Shown in pieces: positions 54,264-64,000 of a stretch of DNA of 64,000 nt; position 1 is the stretch's first letter; each line of letters opens with the position of its first letter. The position numbers and the translations under genes were made by a program. This DNA is from Octopus vulgaris (taxonomy: Eukaryota): NCBI GenBank assembly GCA_951406725.2, contig OX597826.1:44516001-44580000 (forward strand). Reading direction: 5' to 3'. The notes beneath the pieces are model-generated. The model made no database searches and was not told where the DNA came from. It saw nothing but the letters and a program-made list of their open reading frames with translations.

Positions 54264-57200
54264 CACACACAAAAAAATCCAAGCCCCCTGCAACAGTCAA
54301 AACCAGCCGCTACACTAACCTCCACATTCCTACTCAATGCACAAGGTGTCAGCCCTTCCATCAATGCACAAAAATGGAAGGTCCAATTCATTGAAGACTG
54401 GGTTGGTAACCATTCACACCACATCCCTTTCTTCATTCTCACTGAGACCCACCTTGACAACTCCCACTTGGAAGCCGAAGTGAGAGTGAAGAATTTCACA
54501 ACCATCCGCGCGGATCGTATCGGCAGGAGGAAGGGTGGAACTGCCATTTTCCTGCATGATTCATTTACGGCAGATGGAAATAGTATATTCTCCAACGGCT
54601 ACTGTGAATCAGTCACCGTGCACAACAAAGCCAATGACCTGACAGTAATTGGGCTCTATAGGCCGCCCCAAACACCCATACTGTGCTTTAAAGAATGCCT
54701 CAACAGCATTAAGTGCTTTATTCAACAGTGCCATTCTAGCAACATACTCATGATGGGAGACTTCAATCTACCCTGTGTTGAGTGGACTACAAACTGTTTG
54801 AAACCAAGCACTCCCGCCTCAACCGCTGACAAAGAAGCAGCAGAGTCACTTTTCGACTTTACGAATGAGTTTTTCTTGTCCCAACTTGTCCTTGCACCAA
54901 CAAGACATCAGAACATTTTGGACCTAGTGTTTAGTAACCACACTAACACTATACATAACGTTACAGTGGAAAAAACCCTTCTTTCAGACCATGACATGGT
55001 TCTCTGTAACATGAAATTCCACCAGCCGAAAGCTAATCCTAGTGACCTTCCTCCAGCCCACCCATTTGACAACATGGATCTCCATAATGCCAACTGGGAT
55101 GCAATCAGGAACGAGCTATCACATGTTGACTGGTCCTTTACACATACACACATCTCCACCAACCATAAAACATCTTGGCAGATCTTTGTAGACACCGTCA
55201 CAGACATATGTGCAAAACACTCCCCACCAAGACCTGTGAACAAAAAGTGCAGAATCCCCCAAAACAGAAAAACCATTATCAGAAAAATAAAAAGAACAAA
55301 CAAAAAAATTAACAAACTAAAGTACTGCCAACAGCAACACACACATTCGACGGCTATCGCACTGCTTGAATCCAAAAAATATAACCTCCAACAATGCATG
55401 AAGACCCTCATCAATAACCAAAGATCAGCTGAGGAGAAGTGGGCCATTGAAAAAATCAAACTCAACCCCAAAGTGTTCTTTTCATTTGCGAGGAAACGCA
55501 GGGTCACTGTCTCCACTGTAGGCCCTCTAATTGACGAAACTGGCACTCTCCAAGATAATGCCAAATCCATGGCCGAGATACTGCAGAAACAATACTGCTC
55601 TGTTTTCAGCAATCCTGATATGGCCGATCTGGGCTGTATCAGTGATGTCAACCCCCAACACACTATATCGGACATAACGTTTAGTGCCCCTGATGTCTTA
55701 GCGGCGATAAACGAAATAAAACACAATTCAGCAGTAGGCCCCGATAGGTTCCCTGCTTGTGTCCTGAAGGTGTGTCGACACCAACTTGCATCTCCCCTTG
55801 CTAATCTGTGGAGAAACTCACTGGATGCTGGCTATATTCCAAAAAACCTTCTGTCCCAGTCTGTTGTCCCAGTTTTCAAAAAGGGAAACAAGTCCCTTGC
55901 AGTGAATTACCGTCCGATCTCACTCACCTCTCATATCATCAAGGTATTTGAGAGGGTGGTGAGATCTCGAATAACCCAATTTCTGGAAAGCAACAGACGG
56001 CTGATCTCCAACCAACATGGGTTCCGTAATGGAAGGGACTGCCTAACGCAGCTCCTGCATCACTTTGAGGACATTTTGAGAGCTTTGGGAGAGGGCTCCA
56101 ACACCGATGTCATCTACCTTGATTTCAGTAAGGCCTTCGACAGGGTCGATCACAAGATCCTATTGAAAAAACTATCCAACATTGGTGTCTCTGGAAAGTT
56201 ACTGAAATGGATCAAGTGTTTCCTGACAGACAGATCTCAACATGTTGTAGTTGAAGGGGTAAAATCAAGCCCAGCCAAAGTCAGTAGTGGCGTTCCGCAA
56301 GGCACTGTGCTGGGCCCACTTCTTTTCATCATTTACATTAATGACATTAATGACATCATCAAGCACAGCAACATAAAAATCTTTGCAGATGACTCCAAGC
56401 TACAGAAGGTCATAAATGAGGCGAGTGACCGGACATGCCTTCAGTCAGATCTACTGGCTGTTATCCAATGGGCAGAAAAAAACAATATGCTGCTGAACGA
56501 GGATAAATTTGAGCTAATCCACTTTGGAAAAGAGGATGCCCTGAAACTCCCATACTCCCTTCCTTCAGGTGAAATTCTCGCGGCGTCCAACAACATCAGA
56601 GACCTGGGAGTAATTGTGGACAACAACATAAGCTGGGCCACTCATATAAACACCAAAGTTGACATGGCCCGCAGAATGTGTTCCTGGATTCTCAGAACTT
56701 TCCAGTCGAGAGATATCTACACCATTATCCTTCTCTTCTCCACTTTTGCCCGACCCCACCTTGAATACTGTTGTCCACTGTGGTCTCCCCACACAATACA
56801 AGGTATCATAAAAGTTGAAGCACCTCAAAGGGCAATCACAAAAAAGATAGATGGCATGACAGGCCTCGACTATTGGGGTCGACTAGAAAAGCTAAAACTC
56901 TATTCTCTCCAACGTCGTCGTGAGCGCTACATCATCTGCATGATGTGGAAAATATTCCATCAGCATTGCCCAAATGATGTTGGCATCACCTTTAAGGTAC
57001 ATCCAAGGCTTGGGCCCCGTGCCATCCGCCCAAAACAAAAATCGCACTCTCATCTCATAATAACAATACGGCACAATTATTTCACCTCAATTGGCCCCGC
57101 TCTCTTTAACATTACACCAAAACACATTAAAACAGAAACTGACCCTATAGGGTTCAAGAAGTCTTTGGACAGATTCCTTCAAGAAATCCCGGATAAACCC

Positions 57201-57269
57201 CCTACACCCGGATATGTCTCTGTAAACAATAACTCTCTACTTGAGTGGGCCATAGTGCCCAAATTCTGA
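54264..57269 (+). CDS. LINE ORF2: apurinic-like endonuclease plus reverse transcriptase (open for 1001 codons after the ORF1 stop; no AUG before the first APE motifs)
   Basis: APE motifs LNAQG, LTETHL, YRPP, GDFNLP, LDLVF, SDH. RT motifs NYRPISLTS, QHGFR, YLDFSKAFD, GVPQGTVLGPLLF, FADD, DLGV. CR1-like C-terminus RPHLEYCCPLWSP...SLQRRR. The ORF track start (TTG at 54468) lies downstream of LNAQG and LTETHL. Confidence 0.93.
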   Translation, partial: HTQKNPSPLQQSKPAATLTSTFLLNAQGVSPSINAQKWKVQFIEDWVGNHSHHIPFFILTETHLDNSHLEAEVRVKNFTTIRADRIGRRKGGTAIFLHDSFTADGNSIFSNGYCESVTVHNKANDLTVIGLYRPPQTPILCFKECLNSIKCFIQQCHSSNILMMGDFNLPCVEWTTNCLKPSTPASTADKEAAESLFDFTNEFFLSQLVLAPTRHQNILDLVFSNHTNTIHNVTVEKTLLSDHDMVLCNMKFHQPKANPSDLPPAHPFDNMDLHNANWDAIRNELSHVDWSFTHTHISTNHKTSWQIFVDTVTDICAKHSPPRPVNKKCRIPQNRKTIIRKIKRTNKKINKLKYCQQQHTHSTAIALLESKKYNLQQCMKTLINNQRSAEEKWAIEKIKLNPKVFFSFARKRRVTVSTVGPLIDETGTLQDNAKSMAEILQKQYCSVFSNPDMADLGCISDVNPQHTISDITFSAPDVLAAINEIKHNSAVGPDRFPACVLKVCRHQLASPLANLWRNSLDAGYIPKNLLSQSVVPVFKKGNKSLAVNYRPISLTSHIIKVFERVVRSRITQFLESNRRLISNQHGFRNGRDCLTQLLHHFEDILRALGEGSNTDVIYLDFSKAFDRVDHKILLKKLSNIGVSGKLLKWIKCFLTDRSQHVVVEGVKSSPAKVSSGVPQGTVLGPLLFIIYINDINDIIKHSNIKIFADDSKLQKVINEASDRTCLQSDLLAVIQWAEKNNMLLNEDKFELIHFGKEDALKLPYSLPSGEILAASNNIRDLGVIVDNNISWATHINTKVDMARRMCSWILRTFQSRDIYTIILLFSTFARPHLEYCCPLWSPHTIQGIIKVEAPQRAITKKIDGMTGLDYWGRLEKLKLYSLQRRRERYIICMMWKIFHQHCPNDVGITFKVHPRLGPRAIRPKQKSHSHLIITIRHNYFTSIGPALFNITPKHIKTETDPIGFKKSLDRFLQEIPDKPPTPGYVSVNNNSLLEWAIVPKF

Positions 57270-57380
57270 CTTGAAAGACTTCACCAGGTGGTGCTATTAA
57301 GTTAGACATGGCCTGGGCCAATAATGGCCGAAACCTATCAAAGTATCAAAGTATATATATATATATATATATGTTTGTAT

Positions 57381-57611
57381 AAGGCGGCGAGCTGGCAGAA
57401 ATGTTAGCACGCCGGGCGAAATGCGTAGCCGTATTTCGTCTGCCGTTACGTTCTGAGTTCAAATTTCGCCGATGTCGATTTTGCTTTTCATCCTTTCGGA
57501 GTCGATTAAATAAGTACTAGTTACGTACTGGAGTCGATATAATCGACCTAATCCGTTTGTCTGTCCTTGTTTGTCCCTTGAATGTTTAGCCCCTTGTGGG
57601 CAAATAAGACA
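57381..57611 (+). mobile_element. Full-length SINE family A
   Basis: AAGGCGGCGAGCTGGCAGAAA head, B box GAGTTCAAATT, core TTTCATCCTTTCGGAGTCGAT.AAATAAGTAC, and 3' TTTAGCCCCTTGTGGGC. Confidence 0.92.
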
Positions 57612-57934
57612 TATATATATACCTATTTGTATGTGTTTGTATTCAACTTTATGATGCGGTGCTTAAGCATGAAAAATAACCATAAAAATCTGAGCTGACT
57701 ATAGTACGTCTTGATTAGGTGGGAAGCTATAGTATATACAGTATATATATAAATATATATAGTAGACTTCTATTGTGGGCGATTTTGCTGTTTATATTAT
57801 ACCGTATACATACAATGAACAATCTTCCTTCATAACGATTCAAAATCTGGTAAGGACAAAACTTGTTCAAGTGTTTCAAATTCAAGTGTTTCAAGTTTCA
57901 TATTTATTTGTCTGTGTATGTACATACATACGTA

Positions 57935-57987
<53 letters not shown>

Positions 57988-57991
57988 AAAA

Positions 57992-58037
<46 letters not shown>

Positions 58038-58038
58038 C

Positions 58039-58095
<57 letters not shown>

Positions 58096-58180
58096 TACAA
58101 AAAAAAATAACAAAAGACGAAGATGGATTTGTAAAAAATCAAACAGATGTATTAGGTTAACACTCGGGAAGTGAGAAAGT

Positions 58181-58216
58181 CTTTTACGTTTCGAGCCTGT
58201 GCTCTTCGACAGAAAG
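58181..58216 (-). ncRNA. Minimal type I hammerhead-ribozyme-like motif within a short repeat (~58150-58262)
   Basis: Minus strand reads CTTT-CTGTCGA-A-GAGC-ACAG-GCTC-GAAACGTA-AAAG, with stem I CTTT/AAAG, stem II GAGC/GCTC and a GUA triplet. Confidence 0.5.
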
Positions 58217-58641
58217 GAACACAAAAATAAACAAGGAGAGAAAATAGAAAAAAGGTTTATATACACTCATACACTCACAAACACAAATACATACATGCAT
58301 AGATACATACATATGTGAATACATACATATGTAATAAAACTGGAATAAGAAAGAGGGTTAATTTCAAGACATTAATATTTAATTCAAGGTTAACATATGT
58401 TTAAGAAATGGAACTAACAAGGTGTTTATGCTCGTGGTCAGAAACAAATGTGGACACACAACGTCTCTCTCCCGTTTGGCTACATCAAAGACCATTTCCC
58501 TTCCGCTCGTGCACACTCGCGCGCACATACACACTGACGCAGACAAGCACGCAAACATATATATAAATATAACATATATTTACTTGTACATATATGGATA
58601 CACATACATATATATAAACATACATATATGGACACAGATAA

Positions 58642-58850
<209 letters not shown>

Positions 58851-59785
58851 TGTGTGTGTGTGTTATGTACATTATTAAATCTTAAAGTAAATTGCCTAGA
58901 CTCATTAAATATCCCGATTGAATCCGATGAACTAGTCGATACTTTGGGAATAAGAGGGCGCATTTAATCGGTCGACTTTCTTTTACATTCGGGAAAATCT
59001 CATCGATATGCAAAGTAGCAGAGTACCAGGATTAGAATGATTTTATTCATAGACATTGCCTACGAGCCAATGCCCTGTGGAATTAAATTTGCGAATTGGT
59101 TAATTTCCAGTGAGCTTTGACTTTTGATTCACTTATTTTCTTGTCACATTTTTGTGTCTATATTTATTTTGAAATGTCGTCCAGCACGCAAATACTCCCA
59201 TGTATACATACATATATACGTACATACATATATACATACATACATACATATATATATATATATGTATTGAATGTATGTATGTATGTATGTATGTATGTAT
59301 GTATGTATGTTGTACACACACACACATATATATATATATACACGTATATGTGTGTATATAAATTTTAAAGAGATTTCTTGTGTAAGGGAGGAACAATGCA
59401 AGGAAATAATAGACTAAAAGAGAAAAGAAAAGAAAACAGAAGTTCTAGATTTCCGTTATATTTCTATATTTCGGGATATAGGATCCTTTTTTCTGAACAT
59501 TTCGAGAAGTTTGGGATGGAATCGGCCCGCCTTGTCAAGAAACTGAGACCAGTCATAAACAACAGGAATGGACTACAATAAGGGACTACTGGAAGGAAAC
59601 TGGTTTCTATATCAGCACTAGTCTGAAGATGACACCTTCCTTCATCACCCCCACACATCTGAGCAACGGCCTTTTCCATCCCTCGCTTTTCCAAATCCAT
59701 AGCCCATACATTACTAATGAACACGATATCTGGGACTATAAAATCTGCAAGAAATTCTTAATATGTATGCATGTGTATATGTATG

Positions 59786-59948
59786 TTTGACAGACGAAAC
59801 AGCTCCAGTCAAACTCCCCGGCCGACTCTGTTCTCGACTAAAGGTCGCGTATCGGTGCGTCGGCGCCCGCAAAGGCGCTCGACATGCACCGCGAGCTTTG
59901 CACCTGTTAATGGACCACCGCTCGGTGACGGTTCGATCCCTTCGCCAT
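59786..59948 (-). pseudogene. 28S rRNA-derived fragment (conserved core segment plus preceding GC-rich expansion segment)
   Basis: Minus strand ACAGAGTCGGCCGGGGAGTTTGACTGGAGCTGTTTCGTCTGTCAAA closely resembles the conserved LSU sequence GGGGAGTTTGACTGGGGCGGTACATCTGTCAAA. It is preceded by CGCGACC, GGTGCAAAGC and a GC-rich hairpin. Confidence 0.8.
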
Positions 59949-60441
59949 CAACATGGATTCAAAAACTATAGAAACTCTTGCTTCGGATCGAACTGGATGG
60001 CAAGCAAATGTGTGGAATGAAAACTGTTGAGGAAGCCAAGACTCGAGAGACATATAAAGAAGAACGTTGCAATCGAGAAGGTGAATCCAAGTAATCTTTT
60101 TGAGTGCACAATTTGTGACAGACCATGCTTTTCTTTTGCTGGGTTCAAATTTCATTTGTGGATCCATAAAGAACGAACCCCTACCAACTATTCTGCATAT
60201 ATATCTGTACACACCTTCCAATGGCGTGTATGCCATAAGGTCTGCAAATCTAACGGAGGCTTCAAGAGGCATTTTAAGACCCAAAAAGATAAGGACTTAA
60301 TTGCAGCTCTAAATCGGATATGCAATCTCTGTGAGTGTCTTTTCAACACATTGTCTGGTTTATAAAGCCACATCTGACGCCTTGATGGACCTCAGGTGTA
60401 GGTATAGAAGGTGATCAGACTTAAGTAGTAGACAACCACCA
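59949..60441 (+). mobile_element. 5'-truncated RTE-clade LINE 3' end with three degenerate C2H2 fingers
   Basis: NMDSKTIETLASDRTGW, then CTICDRPCFSFAGFKFHLWIH, WRVCHKVCKSNGGFKRHFKT and CNLCECLFNTLSGL*SHI. Ends CAACCACC-(ATGT)n, like the 15218-15800 copy. Confidence 0.78.
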
Positions 60442-60590
60442 TGTATGTATGTACACACATACGCGCGCACACACACATACACACAAGCAAACACACACAT
60501 AGAAAACATGTGCTTTTCTATTTAAACTTTTCCTCTCTCCTTTTCTCCTTTTGTTTCCCTATATATATATATATATTTACGTATACATTT

Positions 60591-60824
60591 TTCTTTTCTT
60601 TTTTTCTTTTATCTTTTATTCCGTCATTTGACTGCGGCTATGTTGGAGTACTGCCTTTAGTCGAGCAAATCGACCCCAGCACTTCATCGTTGTAAGCCTA
60701 GTACTTATTCTATCGGTTTCTCTTGCCGAACAGCTAAGTGACGGGGACGTAAACACACCAGCATCGGCTGTCAAGTGATGTTAGGGTGACAAACACAGAC
60801 ACACACACACACACACACACACAT

Positions 60825-60874
<50 letters not shown>

Positions 60875-61033
60875 GACGGGCTTCTTTCAGTTTACGTCTA
60901 CCAGATCCACTCACAAGGCTTTGGTCGGCCCGAGGTTATAGTAGAAGACACTTGCCCAAGGTGCCATGCAGTAGGACTGAACCTGGAACCATGTGGCTGG
61001 TAAGCAAGCTACTTACCACACAGTCACTCCTGC
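60591..61033 (-). mobile_element. Full-length SINE family B
   Basis: Colinear with 18469-18878, including the internal (CA)n(TA)n tract. Confidence 0.92.
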
Positions 61034-61394
61034 ATGTATATAAATGTGTATTTAAAGAGACGGAAAGAGAGGGAGAGCGATAAAGTGAGAAAGAGAGAAA
61101 ATTTTTCCCTTAAAATATCAGGTTAATTATGTTGTTGACACGATTCCATGATTTTCAAGATAAGTGCGTCATAGAACTGCCGGACGCTTCTGCGGTTGTT
61201 GTCACGATTGCAGCTGAAATTTCAAAGTTGCTGCTTATCGTTGTGAGATTCTGCCGTCAGTTGAAGTAGCGGTTGGTTAGCTGATGCTGGTTATGAGATG
61301 CGCTGGTTATATATCGTATGAATGAGAATTGAGCTAAATATGAAGGGGGGATCAAGCCAATGAAGCGTCATTGTATGAACACACGGTCTTGACG

Positions 61395-61865
61395 GATTTC
61401 ACAATTTCAAAGACCTAATTAATAAGATGATTAAGAGAATACAATTCTAAGTGGAATATAGTGAAAACGAATTAAAGTACCTAGATATTTTAATCATCAG
61501 AAAAGTCACAAACACCGAAGCCATCATCCACTACAAAGTGAGAGCCAAATATATCATATCAAAATAAATATACCTATTACTTTATTACCCGCAAGGGGCT
61601 AAACACAGAGGGGACAAGCAAGGACAGACATAGGTATTAAGTCGATTACATCGACCTCAGTGCGTAACTGGTACTTAATTTATCGACCCCGAAAGGATGA
61701 AAGGCAAAGTCGACCTCGGCGGAATTTGAACTCACAACGTAACGGCAGACGAAATACCGCTAAGCATTTCGCCCGGCGTGCTAACGTTTCTGCCAGCTCG
61801 CCGCCTTATCAAAATGAATATACCGTTTAATGTATCACGCAGAATATGCTTCAATATTTCGAGGA
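61395..61865 (+). pseudogene. Penelope-like RT C-terminal remnant interrupted by a SINE
   Basis: FKDLINKMIKRIQF*VEYSENELKYLDILIIRKVTNTEAIIHYK ... KMNIPFNVSRRIC matches the PLE pattern IQFTME....LPFLD...YRK...NIPF..ARRIC. Confidence 0.7.
61575..61806 (-). mobile_element. Young full-length SINE family A with 18-bp TSD
   Basis: Near-identical to 12823-13060. TSD is TATCAAAAT(A/G)AATATACC at 61557-61574 and 61807-61824. Confidence 0.93.
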
Positions 61866-62007
61866 TAGATTATCCTGAAACTGGAGAATTGGCCCTCATG
61901 CTAATAATGTTGGGAATGAAACTGAAGACAGTCAGTTAGAAGTGGGGGAGATGATTAATTTAGGTTGAGATATGCGAAATGCTGAATCAGAAACTAAAAA
62001 AATATAT

Positions 62008-62215
62008 GGTTTCAAATTTTGGCCTAAGGCCAACTATTTTAGCAGAAAGGAAGAAAATTCGATTAGTTGGACACCATTGCTCAACTGGTACTTATTTTAT
62101 GGAGCCTGAAAGGGTGAGTGGTGGAATTGACTCAGCGGTATTTGAACTCAGAATGTAAGAAATGTGTATAACCATTATGCCTGTCGCTCTCACGATTTTC
62201 TCAGTTGGCTATCTT
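62008..62215 (-). mobile_element. Degenerate SINE family A copy
   Basis: CAACTGGTACTTATTTTAT...GTATTTGAACTCAGAATGTAA. Confidence 0.6.
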
Positions 62216-62259
62216 TCACTAAGCAATGATAGGCACTCTGATGGCTTCTGTTTTTTTTT

Positions 62260-62560
62260 AATTTTTTTTATCACTACTACAAAAGAATTTAATACTGTTG
62301 CAGCATAGGCAAAAACTTCATAATGCTTCGACATCGAGCCTTTTAAAATACACTATACACCCACCCAAAACTCCTTTACTTAATAACTGTGTTCCTTTTT
62401 AGACCACGTTCCAAACTACTTACTCCGTCTTTCTTTCACAAAACCACCACTTTCATGGAATTCGTCTCGTAAGGTTTTCCTAATGACTCCGAACTGAACA
62501 TTTTAAAGCATGCCAATCTCATAAGTCTGGAGGACATTCAGATGTCACATGTGCAGCATC
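62260..62560 (+). pseudogene. Possible degraded CR1/Jockey-like LINE 3' end
   Basis: SFFHKTT ... FPNDSELNIFK resembles SFFPRT..LWN.LP..VFP..YNL..FK. Confidence 0.35.
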
Positions 62561-62659
62561 TTCCCCTTAAAGCGAATGAAAATGTGATAAAATAATATGA
62601 CTATGCATGAAATGTCCGATTTTCTTTTATTAAATGCAATATTTTGGACTATTATATTA

Positions 62660-62915
62660 GAAACAGCATTTTCTATTTATATAACATGTTCTGATATATA
62701 CCACAGGGAAGTAATATAAAAGGGAATAAAGTATTAAGCTTCTGTATTTCTTGGAGCAAACATTTCACGGAGGCTGAATTACATGAATACGCTAAAGTTG
62801 TTTCTAATGTTGGCATTTTTATATCAGCCAAAATCTTATAAGATGATGTATTTTCCACTGAAAGCATTGAAATGATTTCTGTGAACGATAACCTTCTTTT
62901 ACATCCCGGCAAATG
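62660..62915 (-). pseudogene. Possible Penelope GIY-YIG remnant
   Basis: PGCKRR near the start and LFPF near the end weakly fit the PLE endonuclease pattern C.GC...YIG ... IFPF. Confidence 0.25.
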
Positions 62916-62940
62916 TCTAGATCGAAACAGAAAAAAAAAG

Positions 62941-62979
<39 letters not shown>

Positions 62980-64000
62980 TACGTTTCTGACTATTTGGCA
63001 TTACCCATTCAGCTTCTTTTTTTGAATAGGCACGTATTGGAAATGTATCTAATAAAAGAGGTTATCTAATTTAATGTTGTAAACGTGACCAACACAAATA
63101 AGCAGGGAGATTATGTCGATGATGTAAGTTTTAAAGTAAGCTAGGTATGTAAAAACTGATGTGTTTGGTCACATACAAAGTATAGGGTCAGAGGGGTGAA
63201 CCACATTCCTCGCTCTATAAGACTAATTGATATGGTATCATACTTACTGGTAAGACATACAGAAAAGTCACTTTGAACATGTGTGTATTACTTGGAACAA
63301 ACATTTCTTGTCGTCAAAATGAAATGATAATATGGAATATCTTTGTAATATATTTTTCTTCCGCTCAAATTCCCAGAAGGCACATTATTTTCTCTTAAAA
63401 GCAATGAGGTGCTCTCTATGAATAATACTAATTAGAATATTAGATAATGGGTCTTTGTTTAAATTTATACATTGAGGAATGATCTCGTTTCCAGCTTGAC
63501 TGAATCATTTACATGATATATAAGTGTAACATATTTATATAGATCTGTTATGGTTGGCGGGTAATAATGCAAAGAGTAGCGAAATATTACCATTAAAAAA
63601 CGTGAGTTTGGCATCACAATCATGGTGTGTGGAACTTCAACAATGAAATATATATTGTCTGTGCTTCAATAATAATAATCTTATGTAGATGTAGAAAATT
63701 CTGTCCTTTTGGCATATTACTACAAAATTATATATTTAAATAAAAGTAGAAAATTAAATTATATAAACTTAAGCAGTTTTATGCATAAGAAAAATCAATG
63801 AGTGGGGTTAAAGATGTTGGTGATTATTTAATACTGGTACAGACCCATTACTCTTGAGTAGATATAAAACATCATAAATATGTCTGGATGTCATCTTGAT
63901 TAGCTATAAACCTTCAATGTTTCCATTGATAAATCATTAATAGTTGACGCAACACTCGGCTAAGCACACGGAAAATTAATAAAGATTTGGAAAAGAATTT

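Larger units (their letters stand above)
52721..57351 (+). mobile_element. Apparently full-length, young non-LTR retrotransposon (LINE, CR1/L2 group of the Jockey superfamily) inserted in a (TA)n tract
   Basis: Has a ~310-bp 5' UTR, ORF1, an uninterrupted APE-RT ORF2 and an ~80-bp 3' UTR with hairpin GGCCA-ATAA-TGGCC and tail (TATCAAAG)2. (TA)n lies on both sides. No RNase H or C-terminal CCHC is visible. Confidence 0.93.

Noticed and set aside
54468-54470. TTG as the start of ORF2
   Set aside because: It would omit the first two endonuclease motifs (LNAQG, LTETHL) encoded upstream in the same open frame.
54908-55726. 272-aa minus-strand ORF and other antisense ORFs over the LINE
   Set aside because: Shadow frames of ORF1/ORF2 with no recognisable motifs.
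59786-59948. Functional rDNA unit
   Set aside because: Only ~160 bp, with substitutions in the conserved core and no flanking rRNA sequence.

Overview
AT-rich, microsatellite-dense eukaryotic DNA with no host exon that I can support. The repeat content (two abundant tRNA-type SINE families, Dong/R4, RTE, Penelope and mariner remnants, long (TA)n/(ATGT)n/(ATT)n tracts) suggests a cephalopod, probably Octopus; this is an inference. The only intact coding unit is a ~4.6-kb, apparently full-length CR1/L2-group LINE at ~52721-57351, embedded in (TA)n. Its ORF1 has a Myb/SANT-like domain, polyQ and two CCCH fingers. Its APE-RT ORF2 has no AUG upstream of the first endonuclease motifs and follows ORF1 in the same frame after a single TAA. 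Just upstream lies a U_UUU_UUA slippery heptamer with a hairpin and an open -1 frame, which suggests recoding. Other notable items are a 28S rRNA fragment fused to an RTE 3' end, two minimal hammerhead-ribozyme-like motifs with covarying stems, RTE 3' ends carrying three C2H2 fingers, stacked Dong/R4 3' ends in (TAA)n, a TSD-flanked SINE multimer and two foldback/MITE elements. All calls were made by eye, and boundaries of degraded repeats are approximate.
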